A stretch of DNA of 64,000 nucleotides from Phoronis australis (lineage: Eukaryota > Animalia > Phoronida). The first letter of the stretch is position 1; each line of letters begins with the position of its first letter. The stretch is from the NCBI GenBank assembly GCA_002633005.1, contig NMRA01000590.1, positions 1-64,000 on the forward strand. Direction: 5' to 3'. The notes under the pieces were generated by a model. It searched no databases and had not been told where the DNA came from. It saw nothing but the letters and a program-made list of their open reading frames with translations. Of this stretch, positions 37,801-51,793 are shown one piece after another. The position numbers and the translations under genes are program-made.

Positions 37801-38560
37801 TCACATCATTATTCAAACCCTTGCAGTTCAAAGTTATCAGCTTTAAACTACCCATTGTCGTCTAACCGGATTCCTATATTTATACACAACAAAGAAGTAG
37901 GACTATGGGTGAAAAGAAACCTACCGGATTCGAGGAAAAGGTAAAATAAACATCGGAAACACTCACCGCTGTATACAAACAAAATTCACAAAAACAAAAG
38001 TTACTGAAAGTCACAAAAACCATGACTTCCTGATTGTCTTGGCGTCATACATGTAACTTGGAGGCAAGCTTTCATTGGTCAGAACACAAGATACGTTACA
38101 GCTGAAAATGTTGCTCATAGCTTCAATGGCTTTGATGGTTCCATCAGACATGAGAGAACAAAATGTGCCCATCACTCGACCAACTGCCAGCCACTCTTAG
38201 GTCTTTATATGCACTTCAAGTTTTGGAGGGTGATACCTTAAAGCAGGAAACAATCGGGTCTCTTCAACAATTGTTTTGCTTAAATTCTTTAAATTTCATT
38301 TTCTTTCTTTAATTTCAGCAGTTTCTCCTTTAGGTTGACAAATTCTTCAATTTCCTCCCGGATAATAAAATTGGCAGATTTAGTTAAATTTTCCTGTAAT
38401 TTGTACAACCGCTTATCAAGCTGATGTGGGTCCATTGCCAGTGCAACAGCAAAGGATTGGAAGGGCGAGCCAATAGGTGGCGGCATAGTAACACGTTTTA
38501 GACAGCTTAAAAACTTAAAGAAATATCGTTGCTTCTATGATGTCAAACCTTTCTGAAATA
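34880..38560 (-). mobile_element. Heavily degenerate L1/Tx1-clade LINE in an intron
   Basis: RT motif VRQGD*LSCPLFCLAV near 36600; zf-RVT-like KVHTKYLLKQI...CLSCNAVQTCGHLL at 35230-35330; endonuclease-like FLNVYF near 37580; many stops; ends approximate. Confidence 0.7.
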
Positions 38561-40867
38561 GTGGTGGTAAAAAGTGATCAAACCGTGACGTGTATACTTG
38601 AAAATCTGAGGCCTATCTGGGAAAATAGAAATTATTTTGGCGCTCTGAAAGCACATGCCAATTTTGCTCAAACCGTGTTTAGGTCGCTAGTTTAAAGGAG
38701 CAATACTACGAATAGAGCTGACTGTCGGCCTTTCGGACTACAAAAACATGCAATTTCTCTTTATGTTATCTTTTAAGGTAAAACATAAATTAAACTTGGT
38801 ATTTGGTCAGTGCTCGTTAGTTCGAAGCAAGTCTTATCAATGAAGACAGAGATAGGATATTCTACTGTTAATGGACGTGGAGCCACGTGTCTCATGAGGC
38901 GCCATTTTTTGTGTTGCAGATGGCTATTAACAACACAAGTGGTTGTACGCGGATAAGGGAATTTGGTATATTAACCCTTTTGCTACGTCACATAAAACGC
39001 GCATGGTTAACATCGCTGATTTCGATGTTGGCCGGTTTTTGTTCCACATAACCCACATTCCATGAAACCTAGTTCAAGTCACTCCGTTAAATCACTGTCT
39101 GCTTCTAAGAATATTGGGGCTCGTTCCACATCAAATTGTTACCTGTTTTGTTTGTCCGTTACCAGCTATCCTAATGACCCGGTCATCGCAGCTATAAAGC
39201 CTCAGTTCTTTGAAAAAGAATGTTTTAGCAAGAGACAAACATTATTAAACTGTGGGTATCCTCACGTTCAGATGTAAGTCACAATTAAAAGATAGCAATA
39301 TGAATTCAGTTCTTTGTGGCATACTGCAGAAAGATATAGTCATATTTTCAAGCAACAACGTGGTTGCCGACAGTTCAGATTAATATTTTGTTAAGTTGTC
39401 GCACATCTAAAGAGCATTTTAAACCTCAACCTCCCCGTTTCCTGAAAGCAGACCTTCTCTGCATCCCCAGCTGTCAAAACTTTCCTCACAATATCGTTAA
39501 GGCTGAACATGGGAACCCCTTTAAAATGCTTTTGAAATAGCTCTGGCTGTCCATTATGGGAAGTCCGGTGAAAACATTGAACCATAAATGAGTTGATTGT
39601 TAAATCTTTGAGGACCATGATGTCTCAGCACTTTATTAAACATATATTTTGCATATTGCACTGTGTCCTCGTTGAATAAACAAAACTAATTGATAATAAT
39701 GATGATAATGGTTTTTCACAGCCAAAGTACTCTCCAAAATACTATCTAAAAGGGTGGATTTTCTGAATTTCTGGCACAAAACTGTGCGAAAACGTAAAGT
39801 TTCATACAAAATTAGTCTCTTAATGTTTCAATACTTTGTCAAAGACACCGGGTAGGTATCCAAATTTTTCTGGTGACACCCCAGGTTCAAAAATACTCCT
39901 GATGTGTCAGACACTACTTGTGCGTGGTGTTGGTCATTCTCTTTGTAATAAGACGTTGGTTTCGTGAAATATAAGAATGGTACATTTCTCGCATGTACAT
40001 TCGACGTAATATGTAATTATCACGTAAAATGTAATAACTTGTTACATTTCACGAGGGGCTTAGCAACGTACATTGTAAATTGTATCACTGACATAAAATA
40101 AGGTGTTACATTTTGCAAAATGGTCACATTTAACAGCGTATCAGAGGTAACTCTAGAAATTGGTAGGGACCCAAATTTTAGGGCAGCACCCGTCGTCCAA
40201 AAATACTCTAGTATGCCCGTCTGTGTCAGATACCACTTGTTTGTGATATTGGTTAATTTCTCTGTGATATGAAGTTGGTATCATAAAATGTAACAATAGT
40301 GTTTTTCTCGCATGCTCATTTGTAAAGTGTAACAATTACGTAAAATAGAACAACTCGTTTCAGTTTAAGAGAGGCTTAGCAAAGCAAAAAGTATCAATGA
40401 CGTGAAAATGTAACAGTTGATATGCTGTACGAGATTGTTACATTTTACGGCATTTCAGTGCCACTCAGTACACGCCAGGTTGCGCATCCAAAAAGAAATG
40501 TGGCAGGGAATTTCACGATAGTAAGTTGCCTGTTATAACAGGACTGATCTTTCCCTCTACTGTTATTTAAACATAAACACAAACTTAATAAATTCCCAAT
40601 ACTTGAGATATGTCATATGGTGCACAAATTGCAACGTCCTTATTTATTTGCATCGTCTGCCAAGCTGTGTCGCAATTTGCGCTCCCTGAACTACTGTCAA
40701 TAACACTCACGACACCTTGCAATCTACATTGTACAGTACAGTACTAAGAAAATACTGTAAAGGTATTCCGATGCCGAAGCCTTTTCTTCACTTGTTAATA
40801 CAATATCTGGTAGCTGATATTAGGATACAGAGTGACGCCTCTGCAAGGAGTTGCAAATCCGTTGTTT

Positions 40868-41017
40868 AACACCTTATCTTTGAAATGACCTTTTCTCAAA
40901 TAAATGAGCTTCGAAAAAAGGACTTAAATTGAATACTTAATAAGGTATTTCCCAGAAAATGTCACACTTGCAAATTCATTAATAGGTCTATCCTACACAC
41001 ATATATATATGTATATA

Positions 41018-41053
<36 letters not shown>

Positions 41054-41419
41054 GGANNNNNNNNNNNNNNNNNNNNNNNNNNNNNNNNNNNNNNNNNNNN
41101 NNNNNNNNNNNNNNNNNNNNNNNNNNNNNNNNNNNNNNNNNNNNNNNNNNNNNNNNNNNNNNNNNNNNNNNNNNNNNNNNNNNNNNNNNNNNNNNNNNNN
41201 NNNNNNNNNNNNNNNNNNNATATATATATATAGGATAGACCACTCAAACGATTGACGTCAGTGGTATACCCTATATATATATATCTTAATATAGGATAGA
41301 CCGATTAATGAATTTGCAAGTGTGGCATTGTCTGGGAAATACCTTGTTAAGTATTCAATCAAGTCCTTTTTTCGAAGCTCATTTATTTGAGAAAAGCTCA
41401 TTTCAAATGAGAAGGTGTT
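40868..41419. mobile_element. Foldback/MITE-like element, ~125-bp inverted arms around a (TA)n tract and an N-gap
   Basis: 40868-40994 is an imperfect reverse complement of ~41292-41419; (TA)n at ~41000-41052 and ~41220-41231. Confidence 0.7.
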
Positions 41420-41445
41420 TGTATACGAGTGTTGATCAGACTTAC

Positions 41446-41712
41446 CAGTAGCCTCTTCACGAGCATCAGTCGTTACGCTCTCAAAACCTTCCAAATGTGT
41501 CGCCACAGTTACATTATACCAATACCCAGCTTCAAGCGACTCACATTCTCCACTTGAGGTTCCCGCCGGAATCTTAACAGTGACCGCTGTGCTGTTTGCT
41601 CTGGTGCAACTTATCTCATAAAATTGTCTGTGCCCTTCAGCTTCGGTCCAATGGACCTCGAGTGAAGTACTCGTTCGACCGACAATATGAACCCCAGTCA
41701 CGGTAGTGAGCT
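41446..41712 (-). CDS. FN3 receptor exon, FN3 domain 4
   Basis: ttttcag|AG...ACTG|gtaag; 267 bp, phase 1-1; SLEVHWTEA...FYEISC...ECESLEAGYWYNVTVAT. Confidence 0.92.
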
Positions 41713-43342
41713 CTGAAAAGTGTGTCAGGTCAGGGCCTTTTATTACCCGAAATTGAGCTCGAAATTGACTTTTTCCATAATTTCTACTTTTTTTCCGAAC
41801 TTAGAATCATTGTCGCGTAGGCTGTGCTCGAGTACATTATGATATAGGTGGATGATTGTCTAGTCCTGGCTTTCACTTGATGGCCCCGGCAGTAACGCTT
41901 GAAGTTTGAATCTTTACTCGAATTTTCAAGCTTTCACTGGAATGAATGGCTTGAATCTAGGGTTCATCAAACTCAAACTTGGACAAGACACTCACAAAGT
42001 CAATAATACAAAAATGCTCATCTTGAATTTGTACGAAAGTGGATCGGAAAGTGTTCTTGAATTCGATCTCCAGTATAAAAGATTACACCCCACACTCAAA
42101 TTTATGTTGGTCATTTGTGCCTGTAATGACCACGACCAACTTCCCAGTGGATATCGAAAACAAAACAACACATTTTGTTCCACTAACTAGTAACACAGGA
42201 ACAGTGATACATGGTGAGGGATAATGTGTATGTAGATATGGCGCTAACTCGTTTTTACTACTGCTTCCTTCCATTTATTTTGCTTAAACGATTCAATTGC
42301 GTGAAGAAAATAACCTTGGTATGACAGAGTCTTAATGTTGCATACTGTATAAGCTAGGCACTGATTCCGTGGACTTCGGTCGAACTACATGTGGGTTCAT
42401 TTCAAGTAAACATAACAATAGTTCGTTTCAAGGAATTTGGTGACCTCCAACGACAAACCAAAGGTGTCTGTTCGTGAATATTTCAATCTGACGTGTCACT
42501 CACTGAACGATCTCTTGGCGGTTGCTGAGATATACGACAATACGTAGAGGGAATCACGGCCCATCGCGACCCTTTACCGATGCATATTGTGGATTTTAGT
42601 TTCGTTATGCACAACCTACTCACCACATCCTAAAACATCGAATTCATTAGAAACTCGTACAGTTTTAAGGTACTTTGCCACAAAATTTACCTAAGAACAG
42701 TTGTCGTCAGGAAAGATCGCTGATCTAAGGTCCTTTAGTGTGCAGTAAGTCACAAAGCAGTCGAACATATATAGCTACATGTACATGTACATAATTGATG
42801 AAAATTAGCATTTTTTAAACGTTTCGCTTCTGAAGTTGAATTATTCGTAAAATTAAGGTTAATTTTATTTTACGATACAATAGTTCTATACGGATGCCTG
42901 AGGTTTAGATTCTCGAATGTAGTTCTTTTGGGATGTTAGTAATCACAAAATAAACCGTGGCACAAATGTAGATAATTGCCTGCGAGCTATGATGCCGGAC
43001 ATAACGCTGCCGGAACGCTAAGCAAATAATTTGACGATATTCACATTTCTATCTATCCTCCATCTAGAAACTGCTGACTGATGTTGTTGGGTGCAGGCAG
43101 GTTTTGTCTTACAGAAAAGACTTCACGCCCATGATGACGTCATCTCACTGTTCACGCGTTACTCAGCTCCTTACACACAGACTTCGACAGAAGTCACATG
43201 CTGATAAAACGCTTGATTTTAAGAATGTACGTAACCGGTTTATGGCTGCGTTTTCTATTTCGTCTGCTAAGTGTTCTAGTGGTAACAGAAAGAATTGGGG
43301 TTGGATTAAGTTTCCTATTTAACAACATCATCACCGACTCAC

Positions 43343-43603
43343 CCGTAGCTTCAAATTTGCCTGTAGTCACGTTATCGAATCCCTGTTTGACGGTGGTGAC
43401 ATTCACACTGTACCTTATACCGGGGATGAGATTGTCGCATGTTCCAGTGTTTTCGTTGGCTTCAATAATGTCTTGGGCCTGAACAATACCATCAGTCAGG
43501 CATTGTAATACAAAGTAATCAAAATACCCACTCTTGTTGAAGAACACGTCTATTGTCCTACTATCCTTGCTGGTTACTTGAACGCCTTGTGCTGTCGCCA
43601 AAC
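43343..43603 (-). CDS. FN3 receptor exon, FN3 domain 3
   Basis: tcctcag|GT...ACGG|gtgag; 261 bp, phase 1-1; YFVLQC...TCDNLIPGIRYSVNVTT. Confidence 0.92.
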
Positions 43604-44334
43604 CTGAGGAAAAAATAAAAATTTGTGCTGAGAAGACGATGCACCCCAATACACCATCCCTCTTTTTTACCACTGGAACCCGTGTTAGGGAACCCTTGAC
43701 ACCAGAAGGCCTCCATGTGTCGCATTAAGTTCCTGGGCAAGCTCCGTACTGACGAACAACCGCAAGCCACTTGCTGCGAGCCATTGGTTTGTTGACTGGA
43801 GGAGTGCCTAGTTTGTTCACATTTCCCAAAATTTTCTCCAACATCAAACACTCTAGCGTCGCCGAACAATTACCCCCAGCCGCCGTCATTTTACTATGCA
43901 CGTCAGTAAGGTCAGTAAGCTTACTGGTGGCACACTATAACCCCAATCATTTCGCAAACTATGTTTTTCAATCGAATTGCATAAGTTTTATGCCATAAGA
44001 AAGTTGTTGATCAGTTGCTGATGTTTGAAGTGTTATTATACTTGAACCAAAAGATAAGAAATGACTTCATGATTAATTATCATTTCGCATACATACATAT
44101 AACAGGTTTCACATATTGTTGTAGAAACCAAAATGCGAAAAATAAAAAGGGGAAATACTCTCAATGACTCAAAAGATTTCCACCTTATAATGACAAAAAA
44201 TAGAATACATGAATGCGTCCCTAACAATTACTATCAAAGAATTTAGAGACACATACATCCAATATTTTCCATTTTTATTCATTATTCCAGCCGTATGATA
44301 CAGTCACATACTTCAGTAAACATTCGGAACTTAA

Positions 44335-47300
44335 GTACTAGTCCACGAGAGCACCAACCATGAGCGGCAAGGTGGGGGTCAGCCGATTTTCACCAAATTT
44401 GGCACATATGTAGTCCTTTGGGATCTATAAACAGCGGTAAAACATTTCCTCAAAATATTGTGTTTTTCTAAAGTTATAGGTTCAAACACATTTTACGGTT
44501 TCGCAGCCATGTTTTCACGGTATGAAAACTGTCCAGGTTTAACTGTTCATATTTTTCTTTGAATGAAAGCTATTGATTTTTTATTCACTTGGCATTGTTT
44601 AGTGGTGCCTATAGATTGTTACACAGATGTCTTGAAACACGATTCCGATTTACCACCCTCATTTAGTAGTTTTACTACACTGCCCCCGGTTATGCCATTT
44701 TGAGGTTGTGTTCAGTACACTGCTGTAACAAATCTCCCCCCACTGTTATGAGAATGAAACTTAGCCAAGATGTTGACAAAACATGTTACTTTCATTGCAT
44801 AATATAAAAACTTTGTCAGCTAGTTTATTAATTATACATTTTGGCACCTCAAATGTACTAAAATGAGAAATTTTCATATATCTGGGATCGATGCGTGAGC
44901 ACCGTAAAATGCGATTGTCCTTCATATTTTTCGATATTTTGCAACAAGTTAGTTCCTCCTGAATGTTTTGAACGTTTTACTACATGTACTTATCACTTTG
45001 GGCTATAGTACCCCTAAATACCATGCATGGCTCCATTTTGTAAAAAGCCGATTATGTCCTCCACAGTGAACAGGGTAAGAAATGAACTCGACAAATGTAG
45101 GTTATTTTGATTTACAGTTGTTTTACTTTGCAATTTCCTCATGGGTATTTCTTCACACATATTCAAGTCAGATTTTCTGTTGATCAAATGTTCATGCAAT
45201 GCATTGTAATATCAAATGAATGATAAGTTTGGTGGCATGACCGCAATTTTTCCCACGACTTAAAACAAAAGACCGCTGAAAATTTCCTGACGAACTACCG
45301 GGTTTGCAGTTCTCTAAAAACATTCGAATGACAAGACAAACTCCACCACTGTCCGTGGCAACTCGTCGCATGTTTTTCGCCCATCGGTCCTATCATTGTT
45401 TTCCTTTGTTGTGTCATTGTTGGATATAACAACACAGGTCGCATGGATATAGAACCTTGCGTTCATTAGACCGTTGCCGATAAGTGCTCGTCATTATATC
45501 TTTATTATAACAATGAAGATGCTAATCTATTGTTCTCTATGCGAAAAGGTTTTTCGTGGATGACCACAGAAGAGGAATCCCAAAGTATCCACAAACAATG
45601 ACCACGCACCTTAGTAACTATTACCGCGCACACGAATCCTTTCCGTGTAACCTAAACATCAATTATTTATATCCGTGTATTGTGTTGTATTGCTCATGGT
45701 ACGGGTTCAGACTCTCTTGCATTAAGATTCCAATCCCCAACCCTGTGATATGTACTTTGAGTAAAATTTCTAGACAATGCAGGTTTATGGATTTATTCTC
45801 CTTTAAATAAACAGTAAAAATCAAATTCTGCACAGGTTTTTTAAAAGTAATCACTTATTGGAAGGTCACACATCTAAAAATAAAACAATGTTTGACAATT
45901 TTATTCATTATCTTATTTGGAAATTGCCTACCTCACAGACAACTCACCCAAGTTGAAAATATTCCTTGTGAAAAAATATAAAATACCAACCAGAGACTTG
46001 TGAACTACAACATATGTTTTCGTAATAAAATGCAAAGATAACTGTACAGTCAAAATTTCAAATATTATGACTCTAATAAAAAATTGCCTTCTAGATCTTT
46101 TCAACACTCTAATTGCTACAGGACAGAGTCAACCACACAAAGCTCATCAAGTCAGGGAATTACATTTAAAGTGATGTAGTCTCACTGCCAAAAAGTGATT
46201 TCGCAATATCGCTCACAACACTGGAAATCTCTTCTTCACAATCTTGAGGTAGCTGAATTTACCACATCAATGTTCTTATCAAAACTAACCACCACAAAAT
46301 GAAAAATTGGCTTGTCGGTTCCAATTAGGCAGCATTTTACCATGAAATGGTCATGAAAAAGAAAAAATACTTTTACAACATGGTTTACATAACAATAGCC
46401 CTACGATTACAGTTGTACATACATACTAGACCAGTAACAAAATTACCTATGGGAACCATACACTGGTCAATTCGCCAAAAAAACAAGGAGCCACCAGAGT
46501 TGATGTGCCAATACTTTTCAGTACTGCAACAAAAAATCATTTGAACTGGAAATAAACTCGCCTAAAATCACATAAAAAACTTCTGATTTAGACATTTTAC
46601 CATCACGAAATAGGTATTACTTCCGGGTCACTTTTGAGCAATTTCAGAACTTTGAAAGATCTGGCAATATGCAATTGCTAGAGACCAGACTAATAGTGTG
46701 TGATTTTATACACACAGCATGGTCTCAAGGAATAGCAAACTGTCAATTCGCTATAATTCCAGAAATCACTTCCCATCTGGATAAGGAACAAACTGAGCAA
46801 AGTTTATAGAGGTAAATTGACTAAATCAAAACTTATTACCTCCTGGACAGAATATGGGTTTACAACCCAGGTAGAAAGATAAGTTAACAAAACCAGCCTA
46901 ACTGCAACAGGGTCTCAAATTTCAGTAATATATACCCATTTACAAACAAAAATCTATAATGGTAAATAAAATGCGGAAACATAAATTCAGATCAAGTACG
47001 GATCTTCAAGGAAAAAGAACAGTACAGTGGTCAGAAATCATCTAAATGTGATGGCCACACTGAGAAATCCTGTCTTACCAAAAAATCCAGTGGCTAAACA
47101 AAATGAACAATGTACCATTACCATGTGGCCCAGGATCATGATCCGTGCCTGGAGAAAAATTCAGTCTTAGACTAGGTAAATTTTAGATTTGTGCTGTTCA
47201 CACAAGCAGTTCTGGTGCAAACAAAGCTTGCGACAACACACAAGCCTACTTCCCTACACAGCTGTGCTGACACAATAATGCCCCCACTGGATTTAGCAGA

Positions 47301-49311
47301 TCAGCCAGAGTATTTACAGGTCCAGCCACTGTACTGTTTCCTCCCTTTGAATTTTTACAATGCTACATACTTGACAATCGCAGATTGCCTCTTTCAATGC
47401 ATACTCCACTTCCTCTGTCCCAGTTTCCCCACATTTCCTGAGAGTGGCCTATCTCAACAAATTACTTTTGACCTGTTGTGGCATAAGCCAGTAATCTTTG
47501 GCAAATACTTTTTCCCCGACTCGTTCCTCAAGCTACAAATTCTCTTTGACATATCTTCTGGGAGTAGACTTTACGGCCTCTCTCTAGCCCCCTCACTTAA
47601 TTGTCCAGATGGGTACCTTCTTGCTGGTTGTGAACTTTTCCATACCTAGCCTTTACTAATAATCAGCAAGTCTCCAACTCCAGCAGAAGCCACTTCTTCA
47701 GCATAAGTCTTTCCTGATTCCTAAAATTGTATTAATGAAAAAATTAAACATATTAAACTTAATGTGGCCATTTTGGCTCAGAAAATATAAATACCAAGCT
47801 AAAGTGAAGGCACCAATATTGTTGATGGCTTTAGCATGTTTAATTAACTTCATAATCGCAGAAATTCATTGGCAGACATAACATACTCCCTAGTCTCTAA
47901 AAGTAGTTCATGGGCAAAAGTCATGTTACACATTTGGTGATTGTTATGAAAAGTTATGATGACTACCTATTTTCTATGCCAATGTATACGTGTAGTTGCA
48001 TAAACAGTGTGACAATAAAAGTATTTTTGCATGAATGACGTGCTTCTAAAAATATTCCTCTTGGTCAGGCCCTGGAGTTTAGTGATTCCTACCTGAGCTC
48101 ACACGAAGCAGGACGTTGCACCTTGACTTAACGTCTTTGGTCATTTTTCAGACCTCTATCATGCTCTATCAGATTTCTCCTCTAGTGTCCAGTGGATGTT
48201 CTCAGTGTCTTTGGCGACAGCAATATCTATCGAGTGTTGTAACGATGATTCGGCCAAGTGAATCTAATACGGTAGATTATGTAGCTCCTGCTGCACACCA
48301 GCCTCCGAGGCAGACTCTGAGACAGACTATTCTCAGGAGGACACGTTTCACCTCCACATCAGCTCCACGTACTCTTATAAGGTGCTCAAATGTCTCGCTC
48401 TAAACCTTGTGCATTTCCCAAGAGTTTCCAAAGTTGTTTCTCTCCGCAATTTGTATAAATACCAAATTCGATGCAACTGGCAGTGCCAGATAAATAGACA
48501 AATTCGCAAACCCGCACTTTAGGTCAGCCATCATTCAACTAACGCATTGTAAGATTTAGTTTGGTATTCAGACGAGTTGCATGAACAAATTTAGTATAAT
48601 TTCATATTTTAGTGGGAAATGCTAGTATCCTTAAAATTAATTAAAAACAGTTAAGCAAACCAATTCTTTTAATTGTTGTATTATACCACGGCATATTAAT
48701 GCGTAGAAACGGCGCACAACTAGTGACTGGTTTAACATGACAAATACCATACGCGGTCTGAAAATAGTGAAATTCAGACACCTATTACCAAGCCTGCCTG
48801 AAGGGCTGACAAAGTTTTTATTGTATTAATTTCAAGGGCATGGAGTCTTCTACATGTCCATGTTATTATTTTTAGTTTTCTCGCGGGGCAGCTTCGCTAT
48901 AAGGGTACAACTTACTGCTGGTTTTTCACAAGAAGGAAATGTACCTCCACGGAAACAGTGCCAGTGTTACCATGGTAACCGATATTGCAGTGTCGGTGCC
49001 GTTTATACTGACATTGGTCATGAACCTATCATGTGATATCAAAATTGTTCAAAAATGATTCTGTTCGAAGCAGAAACTGGAGTATGAAATTTGGTCAAAA
49101 AGTACTCATTCCACACCAAGAAATTGCCTCATTTTGCCCCCAAGAACACTTCCCTTGTATCTCCTAAACCACCAAACTTTGTGGTGTCATACTTCACCCA
49201 ATTTCTCTCATCCCTAATGTTATTTATCAGACTAAACATGAATCTGAATGGCTGACCCCCACAATGCCGCTTGTTGGCTGTACAGTGGTCGGTGGATCCG
49301 TGGACTGATAC
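44335..49311 (-). mobile_element. Internally deleted DNA transposon with TTAA flanks, tentatively Sola3-like
   Basis: TTAA at 44331-44334 and 49312-49315; imperfect TIR GTA(C/T)(T/C)AGTCCACG...GTGGGGGTCAGCC; decayed minus-strand coding pieces at ~48093-48534 (PNHRY...) and ~47220-47720 (PEDMSKR...RNESG..F..DYWLMPQQVKS); central catalytic region absent. Confidence 0.5.
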
Positions 49312-50419
49312 TTAATAACCTTTACAAAATTGCGATAAAGTTATTACTCTTGTCCGAGATTTTCAGCTAAAGGTTTCAGATAATCGGCAAGCAACGATTA
49401 AGTTCCTTTAGAATGTACTTTGGAAAGCCCGTTACATTGGTTGCTGTATAGGAGATTCCGTAGAAATGAAAAAGCGATCCTGATGCATGCAGCGTAGGTT
49501 ACGGTACACAGGATTCATGGGAACACATTTTTAAAGTGGCATGAACCGCGAAAACTCGTAAAAAATACGTTTTAAACGACCCCTAACCAAAGTACCTTCC
49601 TTCAACCTTTACTAAAAAGTTATCCACTTCCCCCTGAGAAGGAATTTCCATAAAAAATGACCCAATTCATGGTTTTTGAAAGAAGTACAAAGAAAAGCTT
49701 GTATGGTAACCACCTATACCTGCCTATCTTCCTTTCACTTAAATGCGCGCATGCGCTCAGTCATTCGACAAACAGCTGATTCAGTGTCAAGTGTGTTGTG
49801 GAGTGAATACTTTGCCACCCAATGTGCCGTGTATTTTGTGCCTACCTCTACGATTCTTCATGATTGGACAATTACTTGAGATTTGATCATGCTGATCTGC
49901 AGTGGACTATTATTCATTTACTCTACGTGTCAGCGAACGGTGCTGCGCTAATAATCGCTGACGCAGTTTTGCAAGACAATACGAGACAAGATGTCGGACA
50001 GTGGAAAACTGGGCAAGAAAATGGGGCGTTCGTCTAAGCTAACCGACTCAGTTAGAAAGAAAAGAAGGCAAGACTTGCAGCTGAAAGTTAATAAACGACG
50101 AATTTATCTGGGTACAGAGCACTGCCGCTGGGAATCTCTTAGAAGTGAGCTATCCGTCACTAATTCCGAGCTGGCCAAACGATAGCTTGCTCATGCGTAA
50201 GTACTTGCTCGGTCCTGCATACTTCGGTAGTTGCGGACATTGTGCGGCCCCAGCTTATTAAAATCACCTCGATCCAATAAAGTAATGGTCCGAGAACTCA
50301 CTGAGAAAGTGAAGAGTATGAAAGTTAAACTGTCAGACATAAAATTCACCGAGTTGCATTGTCTGTTGACATTTACGCTAAGTGGCTCAGCCTATGACCT
50401 ACTTACATTAACGACCTGT

Positions 50420-51410
50420 TTAGTTGTTTGCAGTTGATAATTCTTGAAACACTAAGAGAAATTGCAAAGCATTTTTACTTTGAGATAGTACCACCGTCTC
50501 AACTGTCTGCAGTAGAGATGGCAGTTGTCCAATAGGCCCTCCACTAGTTGGAAGTTTTTTGGCGAATTGTGCCACATTGGTTAAACCATCGAAGTCATGT
50601 TGCTGCAACGAACTTTTGCAGATAGGGGGATACCTTAGGGGAATGGTAATGTCTTAAACTCTTCCCAGCTCGGTCAAATACGAACGGGCATTAGGAGTCA
50701 ATTTTCTGTCCTTCGTTACGGTAACAAAATCATGGACTGACCATTTTTGGGAAACTGGCCCAATTCTGTATTGATTGAATCATTGCTGCAGCATTTTGAA
50801 ATCGACCTCCATGACGGAGTAAATCAATCATTAAAGCACTACACTGGTGATCACCACTAGTGCTTGAAACTTGGCCGCAAGGGTTGTACCACACATACCT
50901 GTGCAAAATGATATTGTAGATGAACAAAGAAACGAATCGGAAAGAAAACTTGATTACCAAAGTATTTGTTCAAGTTGGAAGGAATTAAAGACATCGACAG
51001 CCTCCTAAGGTGACCATGTATATGTTATAAAGGTACTTAAGGCAGCATGACTTTGATGGTTTAGTTTGTGCGAGGTACGAGTTGCCAAAAGGCTTCTTGC
51101 TGCCCCTGGAACCCCCTGTGCCACCAGTTATGGCCCAGTTCAGACAGCAATTCTGTTTTAGTGGCAAGCTGTGCATTTTGCCAGATTGAGTACTTGCAAA
51201 GTAGGTACAAAGTCATGTCTCATGGATTTGTAGCCTTGTTATCATGTTGTACCTTATTTGCAGACCTATGTGTATTGACATTAAGTGGTATTATAATCAG
51301 AGATCAAGAGGCCTACCTTCTTCAAAGATATTATGCGAGATCTGGAAGAAAATCCACTGCTAAAACCCCATTAATCAAAATTTCGCTGTCCTACAAATGT
51401 TAACAAAGTA
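50420..51410 (-). mobile_element. Possible degenerate L1/Tx1 ORF2 fragment inside the Kolobok-like element
   Basis: EILINGV near 51370; LHRYVW...RHGG...IQSIQNW at 50760-50905, resembling L1-clade RT and post-RT motifs. Confidence 0.3.
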
Positions 51411-51793
51411 AAAGCACAAACGTTCGTTGATCAATTTTCAAAAATCAAAAATACATTAACTGAGGATAATTTTTGGTTAGAAATTGCAGTTCGCAACAAG
51501 AAATTTAGTAATGAATTGCACTCGCATTTTTTGTGATGGTTATTCATGTAGTTTGGTTGTTATTATGGTGGCGAACTGTACCACCTGTATGCTTTGACAT
51601 CTGTACCTGTAGTTAATGACTAGGTTATTGTAATTTCATTTTTGCATTGAAGGTATGAAGTGGCAAAAAGTGAAAGATTTTCAACAATGTCTAGACAAGT
51701 GTCCACAGAGTCAGAACCTAAAGCCGTATCAGCAACACCTGCAACTCCCCAGTTTGTTCAAAGGTATTCTAGAATTTTTTTTTTCAGTAAAAG

